Positions 50,013-64,000 of a stretch of 64,000 nt of DNA are shown one piece after another. The number at the start of each line of letters is the position of its first letter. The stretch's first letter is position 1. The DNA is taken from NCBI RefSeq assembly GCF_036321535.1, contig NC_087436.1:69938001-70002000 (forward strand), given 5' to 3'. This DNA comes from Camelus dromedarius. Its lineage: Eukaryota. The notes under the pieces are model-generated. The model was not told the origin of the DNA, searched no databases, and saw nothing but the letters and a program-made list of their open reading frames with translations. The translations under genes and the position numbers were made by a program.

Positions 50013-51084
50013 TATTGCACATGGAAGTCTATTTTTATTGTGTGTATTTGGAAGCCTTTTGTCTCTCTTAGGTTCTGAGAATGGATGAAAAGAGGCCCAA
50101 ATGAAGTTTTGCATTCTCGTCAACTCTGCCACTAATTAGCCAGCGACCTGAGTAGGGCACTCTATATCTCTGAACATCAGTTTTTTTCATCAGTCAAATG
50201 AAGTAGTTAATTTACTTAGATTAACTTAATCTTTACTTAATCTTACTTATTAATATACGTTTTCAATTCAGATTTGGTGTTTGTCCCATGCATGTCAGAC
50301 TGATAATTAAAGACTGCCATCCCTCTCACTTAACTCTGTTCCTTCCAGTCTCATTTTGGAGTAGCTCAGTACTTTTCTGAATTATTTTAAAAGAATAGTA
50401 ACTAGTCTTTTCCCTGGGAATATTTGCCAGTTTTAGAGTGGCCAAAACATGTCATCTTGAGGCTGAAAACTTCACCATTATCAACACACACTTCATTATG
50501 TGAATTGGAATTCTAGGTCAAAATCTTGAATGAGATGAATGGTTTGGGGTAGAATGTAATGGAGTGGAACAGAACAAAACAGAGAATCACATTATCCCCA
50601 GGAAGAACCATATGTGTTACAACACTACACCCAGTTGCCCTGAGCAGTGTGAGAGACAAAGAAGGTTAACATTATACAATTTCTTTATACTGACATAACT
50701 TATGCTTAGTTAGGAAGCAAAACAAGGGAGAATTCTAACCCTCGTTGACATAAATGTCTAGAAATTTCACTGTATTTTTTGTAAAGGAGAACGTGCAAAT
50801 CAACATTTTTAAAGTTCATGGCAATCGTAATATTTTAATTGAATCTTTATAAGTTATCCTTAAAATAGCCCATTTTATTACTAAAAGAAAAGAATGAAGA
50901 AGTGAAAAATATAGAGGCACGGTTCAGGCTCAACCCCTGGATCTAGAAGTATAATAGTGATAACTCTGATAAAATTTTTGACTGTAATCAACAAACCTCA
51001 ACTAAAATATGAGCCCTCTTCAGGGAAGGAATTAAAATATGCAAAACCCAATGAAAATGACAGACTATAATGCATTATTCATAA

Positions 51085-51149
51085 TGATATTCCATAACAG
51101 GATTTCCTTTACTTTTTAAGGCTGGCTGATATTGCATTTTGTATATATC

Positions 51150-51191
<42 letters not shown>

Positions 51192-51390
51192 ATCTCACAT
51201 TTTATTGATTCATTCATCTGTTGATGGACACTTAGGTAAGTTTCCTTGCCTTAGATAGCTATTGTGAATAATGCTGCAGTGAACACGGGACTATAGAAAT
51301 CTCTTTGAGGTAATGGTTTTGTTGCCCTTGGATACATACCTGGAAGTAGGATTGCTGGATCATATAATACTTCTATTTTTAATTTCTTCC
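51085..51390 (-). mobile_element. L1 3'-region fragment (antisense) with a (TG)n microsatellite
   Basis: ttcattcatctgttgatggacacttagg...gctattgtgaataatgctgcagtgaac...ggattgctggatcatat. Confidence 0.85.
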
Positions 51391-53945
51391 TGGAGGTGCA
51401 GGAATGATTCAACATCCACAAACCAATCAATATGACACACCACATTAACAAAATGAAAGAAAAAATCATCTTAACAGATGCAGAAAAAGCATTTGACAAA
51501 ATTCAACAGCTATTCATTTCAAAAACTCTCAACAAACTGGTATAGAGGGACTGTATCTCAATGTAATAGAGGCCACATATGATACAAGCCTATAGCTACA
51601 CTCAATAGTGAAACACTGAATGCTTAGATGGAAACTAATCTTTAAAATTTATATAAAAGAAAATAATTTTAATTAAAAAATAAAATTAAAAAACTTAAAG
51701 GCTGAAAAAGGTTAAAACCAAAAAGATAAATAAATAAATGAATGAAAGCTTTTCCTTTAAGATCAGGAGCAAGACAAGGACGCCCATTCTCACTACTGTT
51801 ATTCAACAGGGTAATGAAAGTTATAGCAAGAGCAATTAGGAAAGAAAAAGAAATAAGAAGCAACCAAATCAAAAAATAAGAAGTAAAATTTTCTAAATTT
51901 GCTGATGACATGATATTATATACAGAAAATCCTAAAGACTCTACCAAAAATTATTTGTACTAATAAACAAATTCAGTAAAGCTGCAGGATACAAAATGAA
52001 TATACCAAAAACCAGTTGTATTTCTATATACTAACAATGAACTACCAGCAGCAATATTTTTAATTCAATTCAGAATTGTATCCAAAAGAATAAAATATGT
52101 AAGAATAAATTTAACCAAGGAGGTGAAAGATCTGGAATCTGAAATGTATAAGACATTGATAAAAAGAATTAAAGAAGATACAAATAAATGGAAAGATATT
52201 CTGTTCTCATTGATTGGAAAATTAATATTGTTAAAATATCCACTGTACTCAAAGCAATCTATAGATTCAATATAATCTGTCAAAATTTCAATGATATTTT
52301 AAAAAATAGAACAAACAGTCCTAAAATTTGTATGGAACCTCAAAAGATTCCAAATAGTCAAGGCAATCTTGAGAAAAAGAGTAAAACTGGGGACATCACA
52401 CTTCCTAATTTCAAACTATATTACAAAGTTATAGTAATAAACACAGCATGGTAGTGGCACAAAAAAAGACACATTATCAGTGGGACAGAATACAGAGCTC
52501 AAATTAATCCATACATATACGGTCAACTAATTTAGAACAAAGGAGTCAAGAATACACAATGGAAAAAAACAGTCCTTTAATAAATGGAGTTGGGTAAACT
52601 GGATATTGTTTTGCATGTGGCAAAAGAATGAAAATGGACCACTATCTTACACCATACACAAAAATCAGCTGAAAATGAATTAAAAATTTGAATGTAAGAC
52701 TTGAAACTATAAAACTCTTAGATGAAAACATAAAAGGTAAGCCTCTTGATATCAGTCTGGATGATAATATTTTGGATTTGGCACCAAAAAGCAAAGGACA
52801 TAAAAGCAAAAATCTACAAGTCAGACTACATCAAACTAAAAAGCTTCACTTAGCAAGGAAACCAGCAATAAAATGAAAAGTCAACCTACAGAATGGGAGA
52901 AAATAACTGCAAACCACATTTTTGATAAAGGGTTAATATCCAAACTAACAAGGAACTCATTCAACACAATAGCAAATAAATAAGTAAATAAATACATAAA
53001 TACATAAATAACCCAATTTTAAAATCGGCAAAAGACCTGAATAGACATTTTTCAAAAGACACACAAATGGCCAACAGGTACATGAAAAGATGCTCAACAA
53101 ATCAAAACCACAATGAGGTATGACCTTACACCAATTAGGAGGGCTATAATCAAAAAGACAAGAGGTAACAAATGCTGGTGAGGATGTGGAGAAAAGGGAA
53201 CGCTTGCACACTATTAGTGGGAATGTAAACTAGTAATAGCCGCATGGAAAACAGCATGTAGTTCCTGAAGAAATTAAATATAGAACTACCATATATGATC
53301 AGCAATCTTACTTCTAGATGTATATCCAAAGGAAACAAAATCATTATCAAGAAGAGTTATCTGTATTCCTATGTTTGAAGCATTATTCACAATAGGAACT
53401 ACCTTAGTGCCCATCAACAGATGAATAGACCAAGAAAATGTGATATATATATATATATATAGTGGAATATTAGCCTTTAAAAATAAGGGTCAAGAAAATG
53501 TGACATATATAATGGAATATTAGTCTTAAAAATAACTGGAAACCCTGTTATTTGCAACAACATGGATGAACCTGGATGGCATTATGCTAAGTGAAATAAG
53601 CCAGACAGAGAAAGACAAATACTGCATGGGGTCATTTATATGTGGAATCTTAACAATAACAACAAAAAAGTCAAACTCACAGAAACAGAGAGTAGAAAAG
53701 TGATTGCCAAGTGCAGGAGGGATAGGAGAAATAAGGGAACATTGGAAGAAGGGTACAAACTTTTAGTTTAAAGAATAAAGTCTGAAGATCTAATAATGTA
53801 TAATGTGGTAACTATAGTTGATAATATTGTATTGTATAATTGATACTAGCTAAAAGAGCAGAACTTATGATCGCACCAAAAAGAGTCAATATATGAGGTG
53901 AAGGTTATGTTAATTGGGGATTCCTTTAAATTATATATATAATGC
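51391..53945 (+). mobile_element. L1 (L1MA-like), ORF2 reverse transcriptase to 3' UTR, degenerate
   Basis: gatgcagaaaaagcatttgacaaaattcaac, tttgctgatgacatgat (FADD), C-terminal ORF2 and 3' UTR motifs. Many stops. Confidence 0.93.
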
Positions 53946-54179
53946 CAAATACATATTATTCATTCTAAACTATCACTCTCCTTTTCCATTGCTGCTGGAC
54001 TCCACTAAGTGTTACATTAGAGAATTAGATAATTTAAAGTATAAATATAAACACCTCTAGAGTCACCCTTGAGGCCCGAAGCTTGGGGAGGGGGAAGAAA
54101 CTAGTGGATTTTCAGAGATTTCATTGAGAATTATAATTAAGTTTGTTCTGGTGAAAAAGAGTAAGAGGAAACATTGTGA

Positions 54180-54375
54180 AGTGCTCAGAGGTGTAGGCAT
54201 GGGAGTCAGACAGATTGGGACTGACTCATTCCTGCCATTTATTGGCAAAATAACCTTGAGCAACCTCTCCTTCAGGTTCCTCATGAAAATGATAATAATG
54301 CTTCATCTTAAAAAGCAGTTAAGAAGTTTAAAGGTGCTGATATACCTGAGGAGTAACTACTAAGTAAGTGGCTGT
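54180..54375 (+). mobile_element. MIR SINE
   Basis: ggagtcagacagattggg...cctgccatttattggc...accttgagcaac. Confidence 0.6.
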
Positions 54376-55504
54376 CGTCAGAAAATCATCTAATGTTATT
54401 TCTCACTGCCCACCTACTTAAGAATTAGAAAGCTCTCTGCTTTCATCATTTCACATCAGCTTAGTACTTGGCAGGCAGTTTCTCCACAGCGGAACAGGTT
54501 GTTGTTGATCCTGACTTCCCCAGAACTCATTCATTCACATCTGCTAAATTCTAGAAACTAGGCTCCATATTAAAAATCAGGGAGTTAGGTTAGGTAAACT
54601 TTTCAATCCTTACTAGCTCTTGATTTTTGTCCTTTTCTTTAGTGTGTCTTTCAAAGATTCAACAGCAGATTGACTATTAAAGCAATATATCAAAGATTTC
54701 AGACCATTTGAATTTAGGCTTCATCTTATACCGAATCAAATATGCCCTCTGCATTACTGATTCTGTTTTTGAGGAAAGACAATACAGTAAAATGTTTTGG
54801 AAAAGGCTTGTGTCATGTTATTATGTCATATGTTATGTAAACTGGGTAAAAAGTAAAGAAAAGGGAAATTTTCTAAATTCTTTTTCCATTTATTTCTGAA
54901 GATTATGTTAAATATCAATAGACACATCTAAAGCATCAATGGGCACTGAAGAATTCATTTTTGACACCTTTACCTAATTCTGTAGAAAAATACATGTAGA
55001 TTTCCCTTAAGTAGAAAGAGATAAAATTATTTTTATTTCTGAAGACATTTCTATCTCCTCTGGGTTATCTGTATTTAAATTTTATTCTCTTCTTGGATAG
55101 TGATCTTTTAAAGTAGCAAATGACTTTGCTTCCCCTTTAGAAATTGAAGTATTTCTCTTTTCCATCTCAGTGAAAGATGCACAGGACTCCCAAGTCATTT
55201 ATCATCGCCTGGACTTTTGCCCTCATTTGGGTCTATCTGTGCTCTAATAGAACAGCTCTCCCACCCTCCCCAATCACTCCCATGACCTTCCATTGTACCC
55301 TCTAGACTCAAGTGCAGGTCAGTCTTCAGTAAAATACTGTGGTTCCTCAGTCTCTTCTCAGAGAGTTCCTGTCATCCTGTTTTTCTGAGACTAGGCTCTT
55401 CAAGGTACTTTTCGGTCTTTGCTGTTTTTTCTCTCACATCCCCATGGAGCAGGAGCAGGACCTGGATGGAGGCACCACAACTACCTTAAAGTCTGTGTCA
55501 TCAG

Positions 55505-56054
55505 CATGGAAGTAACCTAAATGTCCATCGATAGATTACTGGATAAAGAAGTTGTGGTATATTTATACAATGGAATACTACTCAGCCACAAAAAAGAATA
55601 AAAATAATGCCACTTGCAGTAACATGGATCAACCTAGAGACTGTCATTTGAAGTGAAATAAGCTAGAAGGAGAGAGAAAAATACCATATGATATCACTCA
55701 TATGTGGAATCTTAAAAAAAAGAAAAGAAGAGGACATTAATGAACTCATCTACAAAACAGAAACAGACTCACAGACATAGTAAACAATCTTATGGTTACC
55801 AGGAGAAAAGGGGTGGGAAGGGATAAATTTAGGAGTTTTGAGACTTGCAAATGTTAGCCACTATATATAAAAATAGATTAAAAAAACAAGTTTCTCCTGT
55901 ATAGCACAGGGAACTATATTCAATATCTTATAATAACTTTCAATGAAAAAGAATACGAAAATGAATATATGTATGTATATGCATGACTGGGACATTGTGC
56001 TATACACCAGAAATTGACACATTGTGACTGACTATAATTCAATTTAAAAAAAAA
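55505..56054 (+). mobile_element. Young 5'-truncated L1 with poly(A) tail and a perfect 17-bp target-site duplication
   Basis: TSD aaagtctgtgtcatcag at 55488-55504 and 56055-56071. TT|AAAG endonuclease site. Confidence 0.95.
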
Positions 56055-59000
56055 AAAGTCTGTGTCATCAGAATTTGCAAACACTCCCCTTTTATTTTGC
56101 AGTTACCTACCTTTCTCCCAGTCACTCTTCCAATCACTGAAGATTTTACTTCCCAGCTCACTGACTTTTTCTGCATCACTTGCTTTATCACTACTTGTTG
56201 TGACTCCAACAATCACACAGGAGATTCATTCAAGACTTTGGCCTCTCAGTTCTTTCACTTTCCGTCCAATAGTCTTTTCCTGAACCCTAAATGTCTACTC
56301 TTTCCCACAGTCAGGACTTAGTAACCAATTACTGGACTACTACCAAAATTCCAATTTCAAGCTTTCTATTCTGAACCACCATCTTCTATCTTCCAGCTCT
56401 AGTACTTCAAACTTCTGTAATTCTTTGGTATACTGGCTTCTAATCAATTCATCTCCCCAGCTGTGTCATGGTCCATCACCTTGCTCCTGCCCTCCCTTCC
56501 CTTCTTCTTCTTTGTACCCAACTTATATCCCATAACCCATTAATATAATCAAATATTTTCATATATTCTGAATTCCTTATTTTATGTATACATTTTTTTT
56601 CATAAAATTCCAGCTTTGCACCAACACAGGAGGAACTTCAATGTGACTACATTACATCCTTCTCTTTTAATTTATAAAATCCCAGGCACATATTCATTAT
56701 AACAAGAGTTTGATGATAAACTAAGGAAAAGGACCTGAAAAATAAAATCTATCAGGTTATTCCCCTGTGTCTATAACTTAAAACTAATGGTTGTACCAGG
56801 GTTATTGCTTAATTTCCCTGAAGATAATATGTCCACAAATGTTGCTGATCTATGGATGTCAATCAAAAAAAAAAAAGTAAATTTTTTAAAGGAGAATAAT
56901 GTGAAGAAAATAAAACTTGAGACTAATAATTCTGCCACCTGAGTATATTTTATATATAAGATGGGAAGAGATTAAAAATATTAACAAAACAAGATCGAAA
57001 GTGAAGCAAAGTTAAAAACAGAAGAAGAATCAAAGCACAAAACAAAGTCTAGAACAGGGAAAATTATCAAATTTAAGGTTAAAGTTGAAAATGGAGAAGA
57101 GGGAAAAAGGAAACCTACAACTTTGTGTTAACCAAAACATGGTAGTCCCCTGATGGATACCTTGCTTGTGGGAGAGTTTACAAAAATACTTTTAGTACCG
57201 ACGGTATATCCAAAAGGAAATGTTCATCAGAAATTGGAGAGCTAAAATTGGAAAGAGTTAAGATTTCAGAAATAAAGATGGAGATTTGATCTTTGTAAAG
57301 TACATCAAACCATGAAGAAAAATTAGCTTCTTGAATATTATTTACAGAGTGAAAAAGGAATTGTCACTCTTAAAGACTTGTTGTTTCTTCACTAGCACTT
57401 GTCACAAAATACATATTTTGTTAATATAATAAAAATATAACTATAGATTTTTTGATACGTTTACTTGCTCATGTCTGTCTCCTCCACCTGTCTATGGCCT
57501 CCAAGAAGACAGGGAACATGAGCATTTTTGCTGTCTGCTATATCCCCCAATGATTATACAAAGAGCCTGAAAGAGACTAGAATTTCAATACACTTTTGTG
57601 TATGGCTAGAAGGATGAATGGATGAGTGGATAGACAGATCAATAAATGAATAAATTGAGCTCTGTGGTCAATCCCCTTCACAAAACAAAACCAAAAAAAA
57701 AGTTTTTAAGATTTGAATTTTTCAATGAAAAATCAGCTTTCAAGCGAATAATACCTAACCTGATCATCCCTTCTTCTCAGTCTTTTCAGGAAAGAATGAT
57801 TCAGAAACTCTCATGAGAAAACATTAAAACAGGATGTCCTGGGCACCATTTAGGAAAAAATTATGTGCAGTTATTTCTTCTGTTCCCCTACTCTGAATCA
57901 CCATCCTCTTTGATTTATTTCCACAAATATTACATTTTCCTGCCAAAAGCCAAAGCTCTCTCCTTCTCCAGCTGTTCCATCCCCTCCATGGCTATGACCT
58001 CAGCCCAGATACCTGGAGCCCTCTCTGGTTCAGATGCCATTCCAAAGTAAAAGGCCTACCTCAAATATGCAAGGTAAAAAGCCAAAAGCCTCATGTTAAT
58101 TAACTCTTGGTATGACCTTGGATCAACAGACTTCACAGAATCATAGCACCCAGGATAAAAGAACATTAAAGTGTATATTTAAGATGACCTAAATTTGTTG
58201 TTGGATCTAGTTCAATAGCCCAGGTGATATCTGACCCACTTTACAATTAAGACACTGTTGTAAAAGCAAGAAGGAAATGACGCATTTAAAGGTTTTAAAT
58301 CAAGAACACTTTGTCTTTGACCTTCACCACCTCATCCCAAAGAATCTACCCTGGGCAAAAAAAACATATATATCCTTCCTGACACAAAAGCAGACTAGTG
58401 TCAGTTGAAAGGTTAATAGGCTAAACAGATTGAAAATCATAAATGAGCCATTTACTATAAAGCATGGGGTGCTTGTCTTACCTTCCATTAACATACTCAT
58501 ATAAGATGAATGAAATGCCAGCATTGTTTATTGTCAGTCCACTAACCCTGCTTTGTTGAAGATAAGGATTGATCTTGCTTTACACATCACGGAAATCAAT
58601 ATTTGTATGTACCTTTTTAGCTTTCAATTTCCTTTATAATTTGGCAGATTTTCTCTATGAAGTAGTTAAGATACTCTAAAGAGACATCAAATTACTCTGT
58701 CACCATAAATCTTACCTACACAGGGATAAACAGCACACCATTTTGAACTTCTTAATTAAGCTATTCAAATTATGTCTTTAAATAGAAAAGTTCTAAAAAT
58801 TTTAAATGTATTATTAAGTCAAGGATTTCCTATTTTTAGTGAGGAAGGGTTCCCTTCAATCCTCGAAGTTTTAACGAAGTGCAAGAGGTACATTGGTAAT
58901 AAAATCTGTTTGGTGAGCATGTGTTGTGTCGGCTGTGTACTTCTCCACGGACAGTCCAGGTACATCATGGGAAGCAACGTGATAGGATTTTGCAAAATAA

Positions 59001-59511
59001 TAGAGTCTCTGGCAGGTAGAACTTTAAAAGCTTTGAGTAAATCATGACTATGGCTTGAAGTGCCAGTTTAAACAAACCATGCTTAAAATATTACCTGTAC
59101 TTTCATATGGTTACTTCCTTCTAGTACTTGTCTTTACATTTTAGCCAACCCAACATATTTCAAAGCACTCTGAAACATGCAGCAGAAAAATCAAGGTCTT
59201 TCTGGTCATGTAGTTGGAATTATCCACTAGGTATTTTATTGCTGTGGACAAATTACTTGATTTCTCTGAACTGTAATTTTCTAGCAGGAAAAAGGGATAA
59301 TAAAAACTAAATAGCATAGAAAAATACTGGCACATGGTAGATGTTTGATCAATTTTAGCTCCTTTCAGCTATGTAAAAGTAAAGTGATAATGATATTATT
59401 ACTAATAGACTTTAATGTGAAATCAAGGTAAAATCATACACTTAAAATATAATCTGAAAATAATTCTTTGAAAGAATTGGGCTTTTGCTATGCACTCAAA
59501 TAAGAAGTTGT

Positions 59512-60524
59512 CCAACCTGAATAGATCTTTCAACAAAGAAGATATACAAAAGGCCAACAGGTACATGAAAGATGCTCAACATCACTAGTCATTAGGGAAA
59601 TGCAAATCAAAACCACAATGAGATATCACCTCACACCTGTTAGAATGGCCATCATCAAAAAGACAAAAGATAAAAAATGCTCACATGGATGTGAAGAAAA
59701 GGGAACTTTTGTGCATTGTTGATGGGATTGTAAATTGTTACAACCACTATGGAAAACAGTATGGAGGGTCCTCAAAAAAATTAAAATAGAATAATATATG
59801 ATCCAGCATTTCTATCTCTAGGAATATATCCAGAGGAAACTAAAACACTAATTTGAAAACATATCTGCACCCCAATGTTCATAGCAGCACTATTTACAAT
59901 AGCTAAGACATGGACACAACCTAAGTGCCCATCGATGGATGAACGTATAGAAAGTGTGATATATACACACAGTGAAATGTTATTCAGCCATGAAAAATGA
60001 GGAAATCCTATCAGTTGTATTGTGACAACATGGATGGAACTTGAAGACATTACGTTAGGTGAAGTAAGTCTAAGAGAGAAAGACAAATACTGTATAATCT
60101 CACTTACATGTGGAATCATTAAAAAAAAAAAACTCATAGTAAAAGAGACAATACTTGTGGTTACCAGAGGTAGAGGCTGGTGGGGGGAAGAGAACTGAAG
60201 GAAGATAGTCAAAAGGTACAAAATTTCAGTTATAAGACAAATAAGTACCAGGGGTGTAATGTACAACATGATGACTGTAGCTAACACTGCTGTATAATAT
60301 ATAGGAAAGTTGTTAAGAGGATTAAATCCTAGCAGCTCTCATTACTAGGAATCTTTTTTCCTTCTTTCTTTCTTTTCTTTTCATTGTATGTATATGAGAA
60401 GATGGATGTTAGCTGAACCTATCATGCTAATCATTCCACAGTGCATGCATATCAAACTTCATACTGTATGCCTGAAACTTAGACAGTGATGTATATCAAT
60501 TATATCTCAATAAAACTGGAAAGA
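59512..60524 (+). mobile_element. 5'-truncated L1 (L1MA-like) with a 14-bp target-site duplication
   Basis: ORF2 C-terminus plus 3' UTR. TSD aaataagaagttgt at 59498-59511 and 60525-60538. Confidence 0.92.
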
Positions 60525-61699
60525 AAATAAGAAGTTGTTTAAGGCATTGTTAAGTGAAAAAATATAAGTTTAAAAATAATATGTGTACTATAATCGTGTA
60601 TTTTGATAAAATATTAATAATAATTATTATCAAAGAATTTTTAAATATGCAGGAATATATGTGAAATTGTTAAAAATTATCCTGAGAATAAGTGAAAATA
60701 TGGAGGACTTTAACTTTCTATGTTATATAATTCTCTAATATCTAGATTATTTTTAAGTATTTTCTATGAGCTTGTGCCATTTCTGTGATCAGAAAAATTA
60801 AAAATAAAAATGAATTTCAAAATAAAATCATCTGAAGGCAATTCCTTTTTTGCTCATCCATCTATGGTCAAAAGATATTCATGAATTCACAAAAGCCAAG
60901 TCTCGAGTTAAGTTATCTTTTCCAAAGAAATCTGTTCACCCTTCTACTTTCAATTTCATCCCTCCCACATAGATCTCTAAAGGATAATAAGTTCATAGTT
61001 GAAGTTCAATAAAATGCACTTTCCTACCTTTGACAAATACCACTTCTTTGAGTAGAAATTAAGAAATCAACTAAATGAGCCACTCTCAGAGAAGGAGAAT
61101 ATTTCTCTTAGAAGCTCTAGATTCTCTTACACTTTTTGTCTATCTTGTGCAGGAAGCAAGGTACTATGAATTATCAATACCTATGTTGATGGTGATAAGG
61201 AAAATGATGATGATTATGATGATGATTAAAATCAGAAAGAAACCCTGAAAATATTACCATATTTACTATTTCACTATTTTGATGGATGAGCTCCTCAGCT
61301 GCTTAATGGGATTTTTATCTAGAACTTCTGGATACATCTGGAGAATTAATTCCTGTTTTGGTTCAATAGCAAGCATCTTTAAAAGTCTACTTGGACCAGG
61401 CTGTGGTGGTCTGAGAAGGATGAAGAATGGATGGATGGATGAGAAGCTTACTTATTACTAAGGGTCTATGTGTTATATGTTAGCAGTCATATTGAGTATT
61501 GTATAATTCAAAGCACAGTGGGCTATACTTGGTCTAAGTAATGCAGTCCCTAACAGCTATCCATGCTAGCTACACGGAGGACGTGTTTAACATTGTGTAC
61601 CTGTGTATAAATCTAGACCTAGAGAGGTTGGATTAAGGTTCCAGAAGGTTGATATGATTTTCACTCACTAGTATACTATCATCTGCACATTCTGCTCCT

Positions 61700-62225
61700 G
61701 CTGTGTTGCTCTAGATGGTGACCAAAATGGCCTTAACATTCCACTCAGCTTAACTGAACTTCAGGCAGGTTTATTCCGAAGTATAGGCCCTTGACCTCCC
61801 TTTACTTGAGGCACTAACTTTAGAAAACTTAAAGATATCAACTCTTTTTCTGCCACTTTGAAAAGTAGGTAAATCATCTTGCAGTGTCTTACCAGTGTTA
61901 CAACCCAGGGAATAACTGTCTCTAGGACCTGGGAACCATCCCTTTGAAAAGTAATCATCAACAAGGAGAGTGTCCCTGTCTCCCAATCTCTGTGGCAGGA
62001 TAGAGGCCAACTACCTAACTACCCTACAAGTCTAACTGCCTAATGCAAACTGACAAATACAGATGGCCTAATCACTTTAACCAACCTCCCCATGCCCAGT
62101 GTGCTCTAATACTTTCCACTAGCTCAACCCAGGGCTTAAAAACCTTCCCGCCTTTTGTTTAGTTGAATCTTGAATAAAGTCTTCCCTGCCTATTTAACTT
62201 TGTTCTGCACAATCTTTCTTTGACA
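61700..62225 (+). mobile_element. MER34-like ERV1 solo LTR
   Basis: aaaatggccttaacattccactcagc...aggacctgggaaccatccctttgaaa...aataaagtcttccctgcc...tctttgaCA end. Confidence 0.7.
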
Positions 62226-62979
62226 GTGGTTGGGAAGTTTATAACTTTCTTAGAGAAAGTTACTGCTCTCTCTGCTGACTGTTCTGATTGTGCTGACTTC
62301 CTCCTGTAAGAAAAATAATGCTCAGTCTATACAATGCCTGTGTTCAGTCTTTCTGTCAACCCATACCCCATGACATTTGTTGGTATTATTTTTAGGAAAA
62401 CGTAATGCAGTAAAGTCAACATACAGGGAATGTCCAGTACATTTAAATCAATCTGTATATCCTATATCACACATGTAAAAGAGGTATGAATATTACCTTA
62501 AAAAACTTAAAATGTGGTTCATTAAAAAATATGAAACTTTCAAGCTTTCAAAGCAAAGAGCAATTTTTGAAATCTTTGAATCTTAGTTGAAAATCCCCAA
62601 ACCAAGAATCATAAAATACATTTGACCTATCTTTGTATTTTTTCAGTAAGGTGTCTGGCTTGGGCTTTTAGGTCAAATCTTTCCACTACTAGGATTGAAA
62701 ACAATACAGTAAATGTCTAATCAAAGAATTACAGAAATTTTAATTTGGAGTCAGAAACTATTATAGAATATTGGTAATAAAAAAAAAAGGACCAAACTAT
62801 ATATTTAAAATCTATTGATCTTCAGTATCCTCTGTATTTATAATAAATAGGCTGAACAATATTATTTTCATTTCACTTTTTTAAGAGAATTTTACTTCTG
62901 ACCCTTGTCAAGAAGGGAACAGGTGTTCATGGCTTTAGAAAAACTGTTCACCCTAAATCTTACAGCATGGCCTTAACAA

Positions 62980-62998
62980 CTGCACCCTCTGGTGGCAG
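62980..62998 (-). promoter_or_regulatory. CTCF-like binding motif
   Basis: Minus strand reads CTGCCACCAGAGGGTGCAG, close to the CCACCAGGGGGCGC core. Confidence 0.65.
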
Positions 62999-64000
62999 CC
63001 TTCCCAAAGTGCAGGATCTGGTGTTGGTGTTTGGTTTATTTAGTTCTCTTGGTTTGCTTATTTGCTCACTCACTTTGTCAATTAATTTATTTTTTTTGTC
63101 TGAGGGGTGACTAGGTCTCTTTAAAAGGTACAATCTAAAAAAAATCTAAAACTCTGGAGTTTAGAAACAGCACACTGTATCACATTTTAAGTAGCTGTGA
63201 TGTAGGATGTAATTTGATCTCATTCTTTAACTTGCTAACTATATTACTAATACACAGTAGGACATACAAAGACTATAGAAGAGTGTGGGTATGTTAAAAG
63301 AGTGTAGATATCATCAGCAAGAGATTCAGCAAAATAAACAAGCATTATACAGACTTGGTTTCTGAAGAGCAACTACCTTAGAAGCAAGGTTCTCTTCTCC
63401 AAAGTGAAAGCAGTAGGTAGCAAATCCCTGTCTTCCAAGACAAACAGATCAACCCAGGAACTACCTGGGGGTAAACAGTGCTGTACTTTAACCAGGGATT
63501 ATGCTGAACAAGGAACAGTAAGAAGCATCCTCACGTAGTTTCCCTGAACAAACGTTGCAATTTTGTCAGATAATTTCCAAAATGGTCCTCAAAGAACACT
63601 TGGATATTTCACCATTTTTCTTCATGTTTTCTCCACTTTATGCCCACTTTATATTGGGCATATATTAGGAACAGCACTCATTAATGAGCTATTAACTATT
63701 TCTCCACTGAATAACAAATGTAGAAGGGGAAAGACGTTACTTTTAAAGCAGGCTGCAGTTTGAGTCTTGGAGCAGTATTCCTTTTAAAGATTAGAGATGC
63801 TCCTTCTTTAACTACTTTTTGAATATACAAAGATAGAATTGAGGGCTACAATAGTGGGATGTAAGCAAAGAGAGGACAAAATAGCTCTGATTTGTCAGAA
63901 ACATCAGAAAATTCTACCAGTGGCCTGAAAGAGATAGAGGGGTAGAAACCCAGAGTTGGGTCATCTAAACTGCTCCCAATAACCCTTCTAATCTGTACAT

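Noticed and set aside
59781..60287. 168-aa hydrophobic ORF and similar short ORFs (275, 1889, 5171, 51251-53350)
   Set aside because: All lie within L1 remnants and are typical repeat-derived spurious ORFs.
56100..64000. AMTN exons expected downstream of MUC7
   Set aside because: No recognisable signal-peptide exon found. The gene probably lies beyond the window.

Overview
Mammalian genomic DNA, AT-rich and dense in LINE-1. The young L1 3' tails and the absence of recognisable bovid or suid SINEs suggest a camelid-like cetartiodactyl (inference). The window covers the salivary part of the SCPP gene cluster, with all genes on the + strand. (1) An OPRPN/PROL1 orthologue has a non-coding exon ending at 6386, a signal-peptide exon (CDS 8191-8244) and one 6.9-kb coding exon (13160-20032). 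It encodes a ~2308-aa secreted protein: a young cationic Pro/Arg 39-bp tandem array, a 7-Cys cluster partly created by CpG decay, and a ~1760-aa Thr/Ser/Glu mucin domain. (2) A separate Thr/Ser/Ala-rich mucin-like gene relic at ~30.4-33.6 kb keeps a TATA box, splice sites and an SCPP-style 3' non-coding exon, but carries about 5 frameshifts. (3) MUC7 (CDS 42794-42847 + 48217-48936, 257 aa) is short and has no cysteine in the mature chain. The rest is L1, MIR, L2, LTR and DNA-transposon remnants, plus a strong CTCF-like motif near 62.98 kb. Orthology and repeat-family calls come from recalled sequences and motif recognition, not from a database search.
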